64,000 nucleotides of DNA, from the NCBI RefSeq assembly GCF_963921235.1, contig NC_086107.1, forward strand, positions 94,428,001 to 94,492,000. The letters are read 5' to 3'. Within the stretch, counting starts at the first letter, position 1, and every line of letters starts with the position of its first letter. Under the pieces are notes generated by a model, which saw only the letters and a list, made by a program, of their open reading frames with translations, searched no databases and was not told the DNA's origin. The position numbers and the translations under genes were made by a program. Shown in pieces: positions 13,498 through 26,964 of this stretch. This stretch comes from Mobula hypostoma. Lineage: Eukaryota.

Positions 13498-14139
13498 TAC
13501 TTTACAGCCTTTAAAATATTTCAGAAACATCTTATAAAACAACATTTGCAATCCATGCACAATACCTGTCTGCACAGGCATGAAGATTTATGGTAAAAAA
13601 CAATTAAGTCGTTTATTTTCCTGGTATTTTTATATTAATCTATTTGACAATTAATACTTCTGCTATCCCTTCAGAAGGAATGAATGATCACTTTCTGTTT
13701 CCAAATGACCTTATCCACCACTTACCAAGTAGCTCACTCCAGTGCATAAATGTGGCCAGCCACTGCATCATTTAAGACAAGTCTTCACGTTACTGACAAT
13801 GACTACAGAAGGCATGAAGGCAGCAACTATCAAAGTCATGATCTTTGCCTGCTGCTACTGTCAGACAGGAATTACAGAAGCCTGAAGTGCCACACCACCA
13901 GATTCAGCAACAGCTACTTTCTTTCAACCATCAGGTTCTTGAAGCACCCTGCACAACCGTAACGATACCTCAGCAACGGAACATTATGGACCACCACTCG
14001 CATGACCACGGACTTGTCTCTTTATTTTGTACACTTTTTTCTCTTCACTATTTGCATAATTTATGAGTAATTAACATACAATTATATTCTGGGAGATGTG
14101 GGTAGCTATTGCGCTCATGATACTGCTGCAAGTTTTTCA

Positions 14140-14350
14140 CTGTACCTGTAGCATGCCCGTAACTCACTAAACTTAACCCTAACTCTACGTCTTTTGAACG
14201 TAGGAGGAAACCTGGGCACCCGAAGGAAACCCCACACATTCACCGGGAAAGCGTACGAACTCCTTACAGACAGCGGCAGGAATTGAACCCTGATCGGTGG
14301 TTGCTGGTGCTGTAAAGTGATTGCGCTAACCACTGGGCTACCGTGCCACC
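14140..14350 (-). mobile_element. tRNA-derived SINE; related copies near 38553, 54400, 58962 and 60573
   Basis: Head ggtggcacggtagc...ggttcaattcctgccgctgtctgtaaggag followed by the recurrent core gggtttccttcgggtgc...ttcctc. Confidence 0.75.
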
Positions 14351-16879
14351 TGGTTTTCACCTACAGTATGAACTTGATAATGACAAGCCATTTTGCCATG
14401 GTGCTGAAGAGGGCCTGGTGCTTGTCTGATAACCAAGTGCTTGTGCTCCTTCAGTGGGTTCAGTGAAGGTTCCTGAGGTAAAAGTGAAAACGTTTGCGAT
14501 CATTGAATGTCAGTGACTTTCAGCCAGTGAAGTTCAGCTCCTATTGTTTTATGGTCTTGCTTAGTAAGTGCGTCAAAGGTTACAGGGAGAAGGCAGGAGA
14601 ATGAGGCTGAGAGGGAAAATAAATCAGCCATGACTGAATGGCAGTAGACTCGTTGGGCCAAATTTCCTGATTCTGCTCCTATATTTTACAGTCTACTTCA
14701 TTATACTTGTGCGCACATGACAGTAAAATCAACTCGACCTTGTGAGTGAATGTCTGGATCAACAACTTCTGCTGCAGTCTTTGCCCTCTCCCAAAATACA
14801 CAGGTAATATTCAAAGCACAGGATCAAGTTCTAATAAAGATCTATTTACACAGCAGTGCCCACAACTCCAACACACCTGAAGTGCTTAGCAATAATGAAG
14901 TACCTTTGGATGGCAAATGTGATGTGCAAAAGACAGTCACTTAAGTACTGAAGCTCGAAGAGCAAGTCTGAGGCAGCAAAAGTTCATGCCTTTCAAGAAA
15001 ATGCTGTGAAAATCCAGAGCAACATGCACAAATTTGATGAACTTAACAGGTCAAGTAGCACTTATTCATTTCCACAGAAGCTGCCTGATCTACTGAGATC
15101 CTCCAGCATTTTGTGTGTGTTACTCTGGATTTCCAGCATCTGCAGAATATCATGTTTGTAACGGTGAAAATACAATTGTTTTTAAAAGCATCAAACAAGT
15201 CTCGACTTTCACAGAAGTTACTTATTGATGGACTCAAAGATTTGTCAAAACAGGAAAGTATTATGCATACCACAATAAAAACCACTCCTGCTCCCTCATT
15301 CCATCTATAAACGAAGATACAATCCACATCCAAACTTCTCAGGAATAGTATACTGTTAGAAAATGCAGTCAGCAATGTCCTAAACTGAATTATTAACACT
15401 GATATCCAATCAAGAAATTCAGCTGATATTGAACTACGAGAATGGATTATTAAACCCCGGCTTGCACCAATTTGCAAACAAATGAGATGCTGCAGGTACT
15501 GGAAATCCAGAGAAACACACACAAAATGCTGGAGGGACTGAACAGGTCAGGCAGCATCCATGGAAGGGAATAAGCAGTCAACGTTCTAGGCTGAGATCCT
15601 TCATCAGAACTTTATAGAGTCTAAAGTCCTGACAAAGTGTTTCGACCCGAAATATCCACTCTTTATTCCGCTCCATAGATGATGCCCCACCTGCCGAGTT
15701 TCTCTGGCATTTTGTGCGAGTTGCTTTGCAAACAGTCTTGTGTTTTTGTTTCCATGTCGATTCTTGACACCTGCTTCAGGGTTTGAGGAATCAGGGGATA
15801 AACTATAAAAGATTGTCCTGGAAATCTCACGATACAAAAACAAAAACCGTCAGAATACTGGGCCTTTGCAATGCTAAATTATTCTCACTGTGTCATTACA
15901 TCCAAAACGCAAAAAACTAATTACATCCAGTGTATTTAAGTGGCTGCTTTTTACAGCCAACAATACAAAAGTATTCACCCATTATAAAATAGACATGCTA
16001 ACATATTTTTCACCAAGTATTTAGAAGACTTCACAACTTTCCTGACGCCACAAATCATTTCACCTTCCACCACACATAAAATGCTGGAGGAACCTGGCAA
16101 GTCAGGCAGTACCCATGGAGGGGAACAGTCAGAGTTTCACCTGGGTGCCCGAAACGTTAACCATTCATTCCCCTCGAGACGCTGCCTGGCTCGCTGAGCT
16201 CCTCCAGCTTTTTATTTACATGTGTTGCTCAAGATTTCCAGCATCTGCAGAACCTCTGGCGTCTATGATTTGACCTTTCACATTCCTCTACTGCCAGAAG
16301 TGTACTTGCCTCTCTGACATACACAATGTCAAACACAATGTGGTCACCTACTCTACTGCAAGAACACCAACAGCCTTGGCACTGTACACAACAGCTCTAG
16401 TTTACATTGACCAGAAGAGCATACACGCAGCACAGAAGCCACTGTGGCATGCACGCAACACCCTTTATCCCTGACTATTTTAAGGAAATACCAGTCTATC
16501 TCCTTTCCCCCCATTGGCAGAAGAGAGGAAAGGCTGACAGAGACTCGAGGGCAGCATCTATCCCACTGTTATCACTTAGGCAGGTCCCTCATATACAAAA
16601 ATGAACATTTAAACCCCTGACCTCCAATGAACTTTGACTGCCTGCGCTGCACCTTCTCTGGAACTGCAACGCGATATTCTGAATTCTAAATTCTTTTTAC
16701 TTCCTCAGTGTGATAATATACGGCAGGATCGTCTGGATGCCGTGCAAACAAAAGCTTTTCACTGTATCCTGGTATATGCCTCCCAGACAGCCCGGACCCA
16801 CTGCAATCTGCCCATCACCAAAACAGTTCCACACAGCTGCTCTCCCTGACCTTACACTCCTCTCTGAAGCATCCGTTTA

Positions 16880-17880
16880 CTTAAGCACTGATGTTTGACC
16901 ATTGCTCTGCCTTCAATACTATAATTCATTCCAAGCTCAAACACCTGGGACTCAACACCTCCCTTTGCAATGGGATCCCTGTCTTCCTGACCAAAATGTA
17001 ATCAGGAAGGACAGGCAGCAATATTGCTGCTACATTTATTCTCAACACTGGCATCCTACAAGGCTGCTGCCTCAGCCCCCCTAACTTCTTTGTACAAACA
17101 CACACGGAACTGCTTGGCCAGATTCCACTCTGCAAGTTCATTGACGATGCCACCATATCTCAAATCATCAGTCAGAGTGAAGGAAGGAGACGGAGAGACC
17201 AGCAACTTGGTGTCACAACAACAACCTCTCTCAGTGTCAGCTGAATGAAAGTGACTTCAGGAAGGGGAGAGAGGCGTTGTGCACACACTCCTGTCTACAT
17301 CAGTGAAGGCAAGAGGGTTGACAGCTTTAGGTGAACATCAGCAAAAGGCTGTCCTTGTCCAAGCACACTGGTACCACGACTACAAGGCCCCACCATCACC
17401 TCTACCTCCTCGTGAGGCTAGCACGCCCACATTGACCCTCACCAATCTTTACCAATGCATCCACGGAGAGCAGTCTATCAGATACATCACAGCTTGGTAC
17501 AATACTGCACGAAACTGCAGAGACGTAGACACAGCTCAGTACATCACATAGACCAGCTCGTCAACACTTCTTGCTGCCTCGGTAAAGCAGCCAATAGGAT
17601 CAAGCATCCCATCTACCCCAGACATTCTCTCTTCTCCCTTCCCATCGGGCAGAAGATACAAACACCTGGAAGCATGTACCACCAGACTCAAGGACAGTTT
17701 CTACCCCACTGTTATCAGACTCTTGAATAGACCTACAACAAGATGCACTCTTGACCTCACGATTCACCTTGTGACTTTGCTATCTACCTGACTGCACATT
17801 CAGTAAAAATCTATTCTGTGTTCAGTTATTGTTTACCCTGAATAACCTCAATGCGCCATTGTAATGAACTGACCTATATG
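16880..17880 (+). mobile_element. Old, degenerate Rex1/Babar-like LINE fragment
   Basis: Remnants of TG.PQGC.LSP and the same 3' tail found in other copies (cccatcgggcagaagatac...ccaccagactcaaggacag). Confidence 0.6.
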
Positions 17881-19467
17881 GACAATGTCACACACAAAAT
17901 GCTGGAGGAACTCAGCAGATCAAGCAGCGTCTGGGAAAATTAAAAAAGTCGACATTTCAGGCCAAGACCCTTCTTATGGGCCAGAAAGGAAGGGAGAAGA
18001 CGACAGAATAAAAAGGTACGGGGAGGGGCATGAGGACTTGCTGGAAGGTGATAGGTGAAGCCAGGTGGGTGGGAAAGGTATAGGGCTGGAGAGGGAGGAA
18101 GCTGAGAGGAGAGTGGACTGTGGGAGAAAGGGAAAAAGGAGGGGTACTAGGAGGAGAAGAGGTCAGAGGCTAGAGTGGGTCCATTGATGCTGCCTGACCT
18201 GCTGAGTTCCTCCAGCTTTTTGTGTGTATTGCCCTGGATTTCCAGCATCTGCAAAATCTCGTGTGTATGTGAACAGGTTGCTTACTATCTCAGACCAGGG
18301 GACAATAATAAACTGATTAACCAATAAACTAAAAAAAAGCAGGACTCAAACTTCACTGCAGGATATCAGTGCAATGTACTGGAGAGACATCCCATTTCAC
18401 AGACCAGGTGAATGTAAAGAATACCACAATGGTATTGAAAGAACCAAGGTTAGATTGGGGAAATCCATGTTCACAAGTCACCCCAGTTGCCCTAGCAACA
18501 TAGTCATAGAGTACTACCACACAGAAACAAGCCTTTCGGCCCATCTCGTCCATGCCAAATTGCTATTCTGCCTGGTCCCATCAACCCAGACCCCGATCCC
18601 CCTCCCATCCAGGTACTTATCCAAACTTCACTTAAATGTTGCAATGAAGCCTGTACCCACCACTTCCGCTGGCAGCTCGTTCCACACTCACTTCCAAGTG
18701 AAGATGCTCACCATCAGGTTCACCTTTCACCCTTAGCCTATAACCTCTAGATCTTATCTCACCCAACCTCAGTGGGAAAAAGCCAGTTTGCATTAACCCT
18801 ATCTATACCTTCATAATTTTGTACACCTCTATCAAATCTCCCCTCATTCTCCAACACTCCAGACAATAAAATCCTAACCTATTCAACCTTTCCTTATAAC
18901 TCAGATCTTCAATGGAAATCTTCTCTGCATGCTTCCACCTCTGACCCTTATTCTTTTTCTGTTGGGGGGGGCCTTGCTGTGCGTAAGTGACTACTATTTC
19001 CTATATAACAGCTGCACTTCCAAAAGTACCCGAGTGACTGTAAAGGCTTTGGAACATTCCAAAGTATGTGAAACATGCAGAAAAATTGAAGTTTTTATTT
19101 TTTTTATTCTTTATATCAGTTACAGGAACTACTCCCTGACCATTAGCCCTCCCTCAAACAACATGACTAGCAAAAACTGCCAACTGTGCATCTCACTGCT
19201 GCTTACAGCAACTGTGCATAAAATGAGACCCAACACAACAGCCCAGTGATTATTCGGCCTATCGAGTCTGCTCAGCCATTTGATCATGATTGATTTATTT
19301 TTCCTCACAACCCCAACCTCCTGCCTTCTCTCCATCACCGTTGACACCCTTACTTATCAACCTCCTCTTTAAATCACTTGGCCTCCACAATTGTCTATGG
19401 ATTCACCACCCTCTGGCTAAAGAAATTCATCCTCATCTCTGTCCTAAGGGGGATGTCCTTCTATTGT

Positions 19468-20351
19468 AGGTCATATCTCAGGTAATGATGAGTTTGAGTA
19501 CAGAGAGGAAATTACAAACCTGGTGGCATGGTGCGAAGACAATAACCTATCCCTCAACGTCAGCAAGACGAAGGAATTGGTTGTTGACTTCAGAAGGAGT
19601 AGTGGACCGCATGACCAAATTTACATCAGTGGTGCGCAAGTGGAACAGATCAAAAGCTTTAAGTTCCTCAGGGTCAATATTACAAATGACTTGACTTGGT
19701 CCAACCAAGCAGAGCCCACTGCCAAGAAGGCCCACCAGCGCCTTTACTTCCTAAGGAAACTAAAGAAATTTGGCCTGTCCCCTAAAACCCTCACTAATTT
19801 TTATAGATGCACCGTAGAAAGCATTCTTCTAGGGTGCATCACAACCTGGTATGGAAGTTGTCCTGTCCAAGACCGGAATAAGCTGCAGAAGATCGTAAAC
19901 ATGGCGCAGCACATCACACAAACCAATCTTCCGTCCTTGGACTCACTTTACACCGCACGCTGTCGGAGCAGTGCTGCCAGGATAATCAAGGACAAGACCC
20001 ACCCAGCCAACACACTTTTCATCCCTCTTCCCCCCGGGAGAAGGTTCAGGAGCTTGAAGACTCGTACGGTCAGATTTGGGAACAGCTTCTTTCCAATTGT
20101 GATAAGACTGCTGAACGGTCCTGGCCCGGATCTGGGCCGTACCCTCCAAATATCCGGACCTGCATCTCAGTTTTTTTGCACTACCTTACTTTCCATTTTT
20201 CTATTTTCTATTTATGATTTATAATTTAAATTTTTAATATTTACTATCGATTTGTAATCCAGGGAGCGAGAAGCGCAGAATCAAATATCACTGTGATGAT
20301 TGTACGTTCTAGTACCAATTGTTTGGCGACAATAAAGTATAAAGTATAAAG
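19468..20351 (+). mobile_element. Rex1/Babar-type LINE 3' fragment, young
   Basis: Uninterrupted 233-aa ORF with WCEDNNLSLNVSKTKELVVDFRR and KKAHQRLYFLRKLKKF; tail AATAAAGTATAAAGTATAAAGT. Confidence 0.88.
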
Positions 20352-20710
20352 TGCTCTCTGATCCTGAACTCTCCGCTATTGGAAAGACGTTCTACACATC
20401 CATCCTATGTAGACTTTTCAATATTCTGTAGGGTTTCAATGAGACCCTCCCCCAACATTCTTCTAAACCGCAGTAAGCACAGGCCCAGAGCCGTAGCATA
20501 TGCTCCACATACATTATGACCAATATTACTCCAGAACAGCACTCCTACACATGTTAGCACAGTCCCAATTATAAAAATGTTCTGCCTATGAGCAGAATGC
20601 TTTATGGCCCAGAGCATGGATAGTCAGCACACCAAATCAAAAGCACTAAGTGCAAGCTGAGGCTATTGAACTGTTACCTACAGGTCAGAAGTTTGAGAGT
20701 TTAAGTGGAA

Positions 20711-20820
20711 CCACAGAGTCAAGTGAAAGAATTTCCTTCACCCCACAAACACACCACCACAGAGTCAAGTGAAAGAATTTCCTTCACCCCACAAACACAC
20801 CACCACAGAGTCAAGTGAAA
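20711..20820. repeat. 46-bp tandem repeat, 2.4 copies
   Basis: CCACAGAGTCAAGTGAAAGAATTTCCTTCACCCCACAAACACACCA starting at 20711 and 20757, with a partial copy at 20803. Confidence 0.95.
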
Positions 20821-20919
20821 CAACCTCGTACCACCCACCGCACACAGGCACTGAGCTCCCCCAGCAAAGCCATCACAGGCACTGCCTGACACATGAGGCA
20901 TTACAGCCAGGCCCAGCCA

Positions 20920-21530
20920 GGCGGGAAGAAGTTCTGCAGCCACTAGCGCGGCCGTCTAGTTCCTCTCCGTGAAACCTGCTGGCATTATTCGGTGGCCGCT
21001 CTACCCGAGCTGGGGTAATCAGGGGACAAATACGCCGCCACACAGATGCACGTCCTTGCCCTTTTCCCCCCAGCCACCGTCCTCCCACCTCCCGAGCCCG
21101 TAGCGCCTCGATTTCCCCTCGGACAGCCCGCTCCCGGCCCTGGATGTGGCGAGCTTGGCACGGCGTGGAAGAGCGCCAGCTCCGGGATAGCGGCAGCAAC
21201 AAAGCGCCCGCCCCATTACCTCGGCCTCCTGCTCGCTTCCAGAGCCAATCTCCCGCCAAACGCGTGCCACCCCCTGACCTCTGGTTACCGGGACAACAGC
21301 AGCGCGGCTCTCCCGATTGGCTTAAGACGCACGGCAACGCTGATTGGTTAGAAGGTGGAAACCGATTGGCCAAATTGATTGGTCGATGAAGCAACGGGTA
21401 CAGCCTTTGACTGAAACACGATCGCTACTGTCATTGGTTGAGAGTAAGCAATTGCCACAAGTCCATTGGTGGACAGGTAAAGAAACACTCTCATTGGCCT
21501 CCGTGGATTTGATCGTTACCATTGGCTGAA
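20920..21530 (-). promoter_or_regulatory. CpG-island promoter of POLD1 with E2F site and CCAAT array
   Basis: High CpG density against a CpG-depleted background; E2F-type TTTGGCGGGA on the minus strand at 21251-21260; ATTGG at 21316, 21343, 21365, 21378, 21433, 21465, 21493 and 21521, plus CCAAT at 21245; no obvious TATA box. Confidence 0.8.
21220..21280 (-). other. POLD1: Putative non-coding exon 1 of POLD1 (5' end approximate)
   Basis: Minus-strand donor GCCGAG|gtaatg (GT at 21219-21218) inside a CpG-rich island, immediately downstream of the E2F/CCAAT cluster; no ATG in the segment. Human POLD1 also has a non-coding first exon. Confidence 0.55.
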
Positions 21531-22382
21531 AGTCTAACATTTTAAATAAATATTTAGGTGGTAAAAAACATAAAGTGTTGGAAATGATGAGCAGATCGTG
21601 CACCAAAGAGAGCAAAAAAAAACGAGAGCTGAAAAAGAACACAAGAGATTCCGCAAATACTGGAATTCAGGAGCAACACACAATTTCAAGGGGTCGAGCA
21701 GCAGCTGGGGAGGGAAAAGGAATCATCACCATTTCGGTGATGACCCCGCATCAGGATCAGTTAGTAATCAGCATCAGTCAGAAATCATAGACACAAGATT
21801 CTGCAGATGATGGAAATCTTCAGCAACACACACAAAATGAGGAACTCAGCAAGTCGGGCAGCATCTATGGAGGAGAACAAACAGTCAATTTTTCTGGTCG
21901 AGAACCTTCAATGGGACTGGGACTTCTGGTGCTACTCCCTGGCCATTAGCCCTCCTTCAAAATGCAACTAGGAATTTGTAAAATCAGTGAATAAAACAAA
22001 GCATGATTCAAATCTCACCTCACTCTCCCCCCTCCCCACCACCCCCAAACACACAAGATTCTGCAGATTATGGATGTCCTCAGAAACACACACAATGCTA
22101 GAGGAACTCGGCAGGTCAGGCAGCATCTATGGAGAGAAATAGCTGATGTTTCGGGCTGAGACTCTTCTTCAGGACAATTCACACACTTTATCGCAGGTGC
22201 TACAGACAGAACCTCTGCCCCATAGCTCCAATGATCCAGGTTTGATCCACATTTCCGGTGTTGACTGTGTGGAGTTTGCTTGTTCTCTCCACAGATACAT
22301 TAGGAACATTTAAGAGACTTTTCCATAGGTACATGAATGGGAAAAAAAATGGAAGAAGAGTTAGAATTGTTAGATTGATCTT

Positions 22383-23080
22383 AGCTTCAAGTTCCTGGGT
22401 GTCAAGATCTCTGAGGATCTAACCTGGTCCCAACACATTGATGTAGTCATAAAGAAGGCAAGACAGTGGCTATACGTTAGTAGGAGTTTGAGGTGATTTA
22501 GCATGTCAACAAATACACTCAAAAACTTCTATAGTTGCACCATGGAGAGCATTCTGACAGGCTGCGTCACTGTCTGGTATGGAGGGGCTACTGCACAGGA
22601 CCGAAAGAAGCTGCAGAAGGTTGTAAACCTAGTCAGCTCCATCTTGGGTACTAGCCTACAAAGTACCGAGGACATCTTCAGACAGCGTTTCTCAGAAAGG
22701 CACCATCCATTATCAAGGACCCCCAGCACCCAGGGCATGCCCTTTTCTCACCGTCACCATCAGGTAGAAGGCACAGAAGCCTGAAGGTACACACTCAGCG
22801 ATTCAGGAACAGCTTCTTCCCCTCTGCCATCCGATTCCTGAATGGACTTTGAAGCTTTGGACACTACCTCACTTTTTTAATATACAGTATTTTTGTTTTT
22901 GCACATTTTTAATAATCTATTCAATATACATAATTGATTTACTTGTTTATTTATTATTATGTTTTATTTTATTTATTATTTTTCTCTCTCTGCTATATTA
23001 TGTATTGCATTGAACTGCTGCTGCTAAGTTAACAAATTTCACGTCACATGCCGGTGATAATAAACCTGATTCTGATTCTG
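22383..23080 (+). mobile_element. Rex1/Babar-type LINE 3' fragment
   Basis: SFKFLGV.IS.DLTWS, NFYSCTMESILTGCVTVWYGG; tail aataaacctgattctgattctga. Confidence 0.85.
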
Positions 23081-23689
23081 AATAGGTCAAAAGGCCAGCA
23101 CATCACGAGCCAAAGGGCCTGTACTGTTTTCTGTATCCCATGAATATATATATATATTTCCCTCTCCCTCTCTCCCACTGCACCCCCACCATCCCTCTCT
23201 CTCTCATCCTTATAACAGGTGGTGGATTTTCCATGTGATAGCATCCTCTGCGGCACATCAAGGGGCTGTTTCTTTCGGCCATTAAATGACAGCCCACCCG
23301 AAACCAGCCACCAACAAAACAGACAGGGAAATGGGAACCTTGGCAGAGATTTGGTTCAATAGTTGATTGGAAAGGTCTCTGACAGGGACCGGGGATGTTG
23401 TCGAAACTCAATTCAGTTTCATTTATTTAACACATGAATATCAAAATGTAAGTGGGTTGTTTGCATTAACAACCAATACACCCTGAGGACGTGCTGAGGG
23501 GCAGCCCGCGAGCGCCGCCACACATTCCGGCGCCCACATTGCATTCCCAGAATGCTCGGCAGAACAACACAGGACACAACAAGCAACAAAACAACCACAG
23601 CAAAACACACCGCTTTCCCCTCTCCGTCCCGTACATCCACACAGCCACCCACACACACAAACCCAGAAGCTCATTTGGGAACCTACCTG

Positions 23690-25560
23690 ACATACTGAAA
23701 CCAATAGCTGTGGATGAACCAGGAGAATCGTAGACTGCTGAGGGCTAGATCTGTGGCATTCCAGATCAGCGAACCAGAACCGTACAAGGAGACCAGTTAC
23801 GACCTGTGGAAGGGTGAAAAAATAACTCCGGTTGAGGTTAGAGCCGGAATCAGACACACATCAGCTCCGGCAGGATTTGCCAGCCATTACTGTCTGCAAA
23901 GTGGAACCTAGCATCATGAATGTCTGTGATGCTTCACTCGCGGGTGAGCTCAATGCCTCGAATACACACTCTGAAAGGGAGGATAAGACTACACCTGTGT
24001 GAATCCCTCTGCCTCGGAGGCCAACGTCAGAACATCTTGCAAAAGGGTGAACCCTCGCAAGGGGTCAGGCCTTGATGGTGTACCTGGCAGGGCTCTGAAA
24101 ACCTGTGCTAATCAACTGGCAGGAGTGTTCAAGGGCATCTTCAGTCTCTCACTGCTGCAGTCGGAGGTTCCCACCTGCTTCAAAAGGGCGACAATCATAC
24201 CAGTGGCCAAGCAGAGCAGGGTGAGCTGCCTTAATGACTATCACCCAGTGACACTCGCATCTACCGAGATGAAATGCTTTGCGGGGCTGGTCAAGACCAG
24301 AATCAACTCCCGCCTGAGCAAGGACCTGGACTCACTGCGATTTGCCTTTCGCCACAGTAAATCTACTGTGGATGCAGCTGCACTGGCTCGCCACTTGGCC
24401 TTGGATCACCAAGACGACAGTAATTCCTACATCGAGCTGCTGCTCATTGACTACAGCTCAGTGTTCAACACCATCGTACCCTCAGTTCTAATCACTGGGT
24501 CCAAAACCTGGGCCTCTGTACCTCCCTCTGCAACTGGATCCCTGACTTCCTCACCGGGAGACCACAGTCTGTGCAGATCAGAAATAACACCTCCTCCTCA
24601 CCGACAATCAACACTGGCGCACCTCAGGGACGTGTGCTTAGCCCACTGCTCTACCCTCTCCACACCCATGACTGTGTGGCTAGGAACAGTTCAAACGCCA
24701 TCTATAAACTTGCTGATGACACAACTGTTGTTGGCAAAATTTCAGATGGTGACAAGGAGGTGTACAAGAGAGAGATGGATCAGCCGGTTGAGTGGTGTTG
24801 AAACAACAACCTTGCACTCAACATCAGTTAGACCAAGGGATTGATTGTGGACGTAAGGAAGGGGAAGTCGAGGGAACACACACCAGTCCTCTCGAGGGAT
24901 CAGAAGTGAGCAGTTTCAAATTCCTGGGTGTCAGCATCTCTGAAGCTCTATCCTGGGCCAACATATCAATGCATTTACAAAGAAGATGCAGCAGTGGCTA
25001 TATTTCATCAGGAGTTTGAGGAGATTTGGCATGTCACCAAAGGGCACTCTCAAATCTCTACAGATGTACCATGAAGACCATTCTAGTTGATTGCATCACA
25101 ATCTGGTCCAGAGGGGCCACTGCGCAGGATCAGAAAAAGCTGCAGAGGGTTGTAAACTCATCCAGCTCCATCATGGGTACCAGCCTCCCCAGTATCCAGC
25201 ACACCGTCAAAAGGCGATGCCTCAGAAAGGCAGCATCCACCATTAAGGTCCCCCACCACCCAGGACACGCCTTCGTCTCATTGCTACCATCAGGAAAGAA
25301 GCACAGGAGCCCGAAGGCATGCTCAACATTCAGAAACTTCTTCTTCCCTTCCACCATCAGATTTCTGAATGGTCAACGAACCACGGGCACTACCTCACTA
25401 TTTTTTTCTTCTCTTTTACACTACTTATTTAATTTAATTATATACATATACATATCTTACTGTAATTTATAGTTTTTATTTCCATGTATTGCAATGTACT
25501 GCTGCCACAAAACGTCAAACTTCACGACAAATGCCAATGATATTCAACCTGATTCGGATT
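23690..25560 (+). mobile_element. Rex1/Babar-type LINE fragment (RT region to 3' tail)
   Basis: ORFs with [55 protein letters not shown] and [10 protein letters not shown]. Confidence 0.88.
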
Positions 25561-26964
25561 TGGTCAGTACATAAATGGGAAAGGTTTAAACGGATTTGGG
25601 CAAAAATAAGCAAGTGGGACCAGATTGGAGAAACACAGATGCTGGAAATCCAGAGCAACGTACACAAACAGCTGGAGGAGCTCAGCAGGTCAGGTAACAT
25701 ACAAGGAAAGGAATAAATTGAGTGGGAAGGCAAATTGCGCCGAGGATACGGAGAGTCTGCAGAGAGATACAGATAGGTTAGGTGAGTGGGCAAGGGTCTG
25801 GCAGATGGAGTAACATGTTGGTAAATGCGAGGCCATCCACTTTGGAAGGGAGAATGGAAGATCAGATTATTATTTAAGTAGTAAAAGATTGCAGCATGCT
25901 GCTGAGCAGAAGGACTCGGGAGGGCTTACACATGAATCACAAATGGTTGGTTTGCCGGTGCAGCAGGCTATCAATAAGGCAAATGGAATGTTGGCCTTCA
26001 TTGCGAGAGCGACTGAATTTAATAGCAGGTTATGCTGCTACTGTTGGATAGATTTTTGCATAGTAGGGGAATCATGGGGAAAAGGCAGGCAGGTGGAGAT
26101 GAGTCCATGGTCAGGTCAGCCATGATCTTATTGAATGGTGGATCAGGCTCAAGGGATGGCCTACCCTGCTCCTAATTTCTTCTGTTCTTAAACAGTCAAT
26201 GTCTCCATCTGAAACACTGACTCTTTATTCCTTCCCATGGATGCTGCCTGTTCCTCCAGCATTTTGTGTGGGCTGCCCTGGGCATCTTGATTGGCATGGA
26301 CGAGCTGAGCTAAGGGGCCTGTTTCCATGCAGAGAATCTCTACATATTCCGAGTCAGAATAGAGCTTGAATGCACAAACATTTGACGCACTGCGACAGAG
26401 TAAACACTTACCGTTACACTTGAACCACAATCCGCCGTTTGTGAGGTGAGGTAACAGCGGGAGAAGAATTAGACCCATATGCCACAGGAGACACTACCTA
26501 GGTAACAAACAACCTTAACGAAGCCCTTGGCTTTGAAGCAGCATTTTACCCTCCGCACTCTCAACAAACAGGGATGAAACCTGGCCTGGTGACTCTCCGA
26601 ACCAGTTTGACAGCTGGTGACATCACAGAAACACCTTCCAGGCATTGACAATCGACGGCGGCTTGGTGGAACGACACCTGTGGAGGTTTCCTCATCCTGA
26701 ACTCCATCAGGAGAAGGAATTGGGTGTACATCAGCCGTGGCTGGGCTAGTAATTGGCAGAAGGAGTACAGTGAGAGGCTGGCAACTTTGGAAGGAAGGAA
26801 ACACAGCAGATTGTTACTCAAATGGTACAAGACCACACATGTTGTCATACAAAATGAGGGGGGGTGGAGAAGGGTCCTGGTGCATGAGTCACAGAGTGTG
26901 GCATACAGGAGAGGTGAATGGAACGTCAGAAACACAAGTCTCCAACCTGACGGCATCAGCATTG

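Noticed and set aside
1440..21219. Apparent bias: sense-strand hammerhead copies inside POLD1 introns are all degenerate
   Set aside because: Only about three copies, and most intergenic copies are also degenerate; too few to claim selection.
20873..21394. Several 80-170-aa ORFs over the CpG island
   Set aside because: GC-rich promoter DNA is stop-poor; overlapping ORFs on both strands with no recognisable homology.
26410..26500. Perfect minus-strand donor (G|GTAAGTG) with a possible upstream acceptor, suggesting a more distal POLD1 exon
   Set aside because: Stops in all frames from the candidate acceptor, no promoter features nearby, and such motifs occur by chance; cannot be supported without RNA data.
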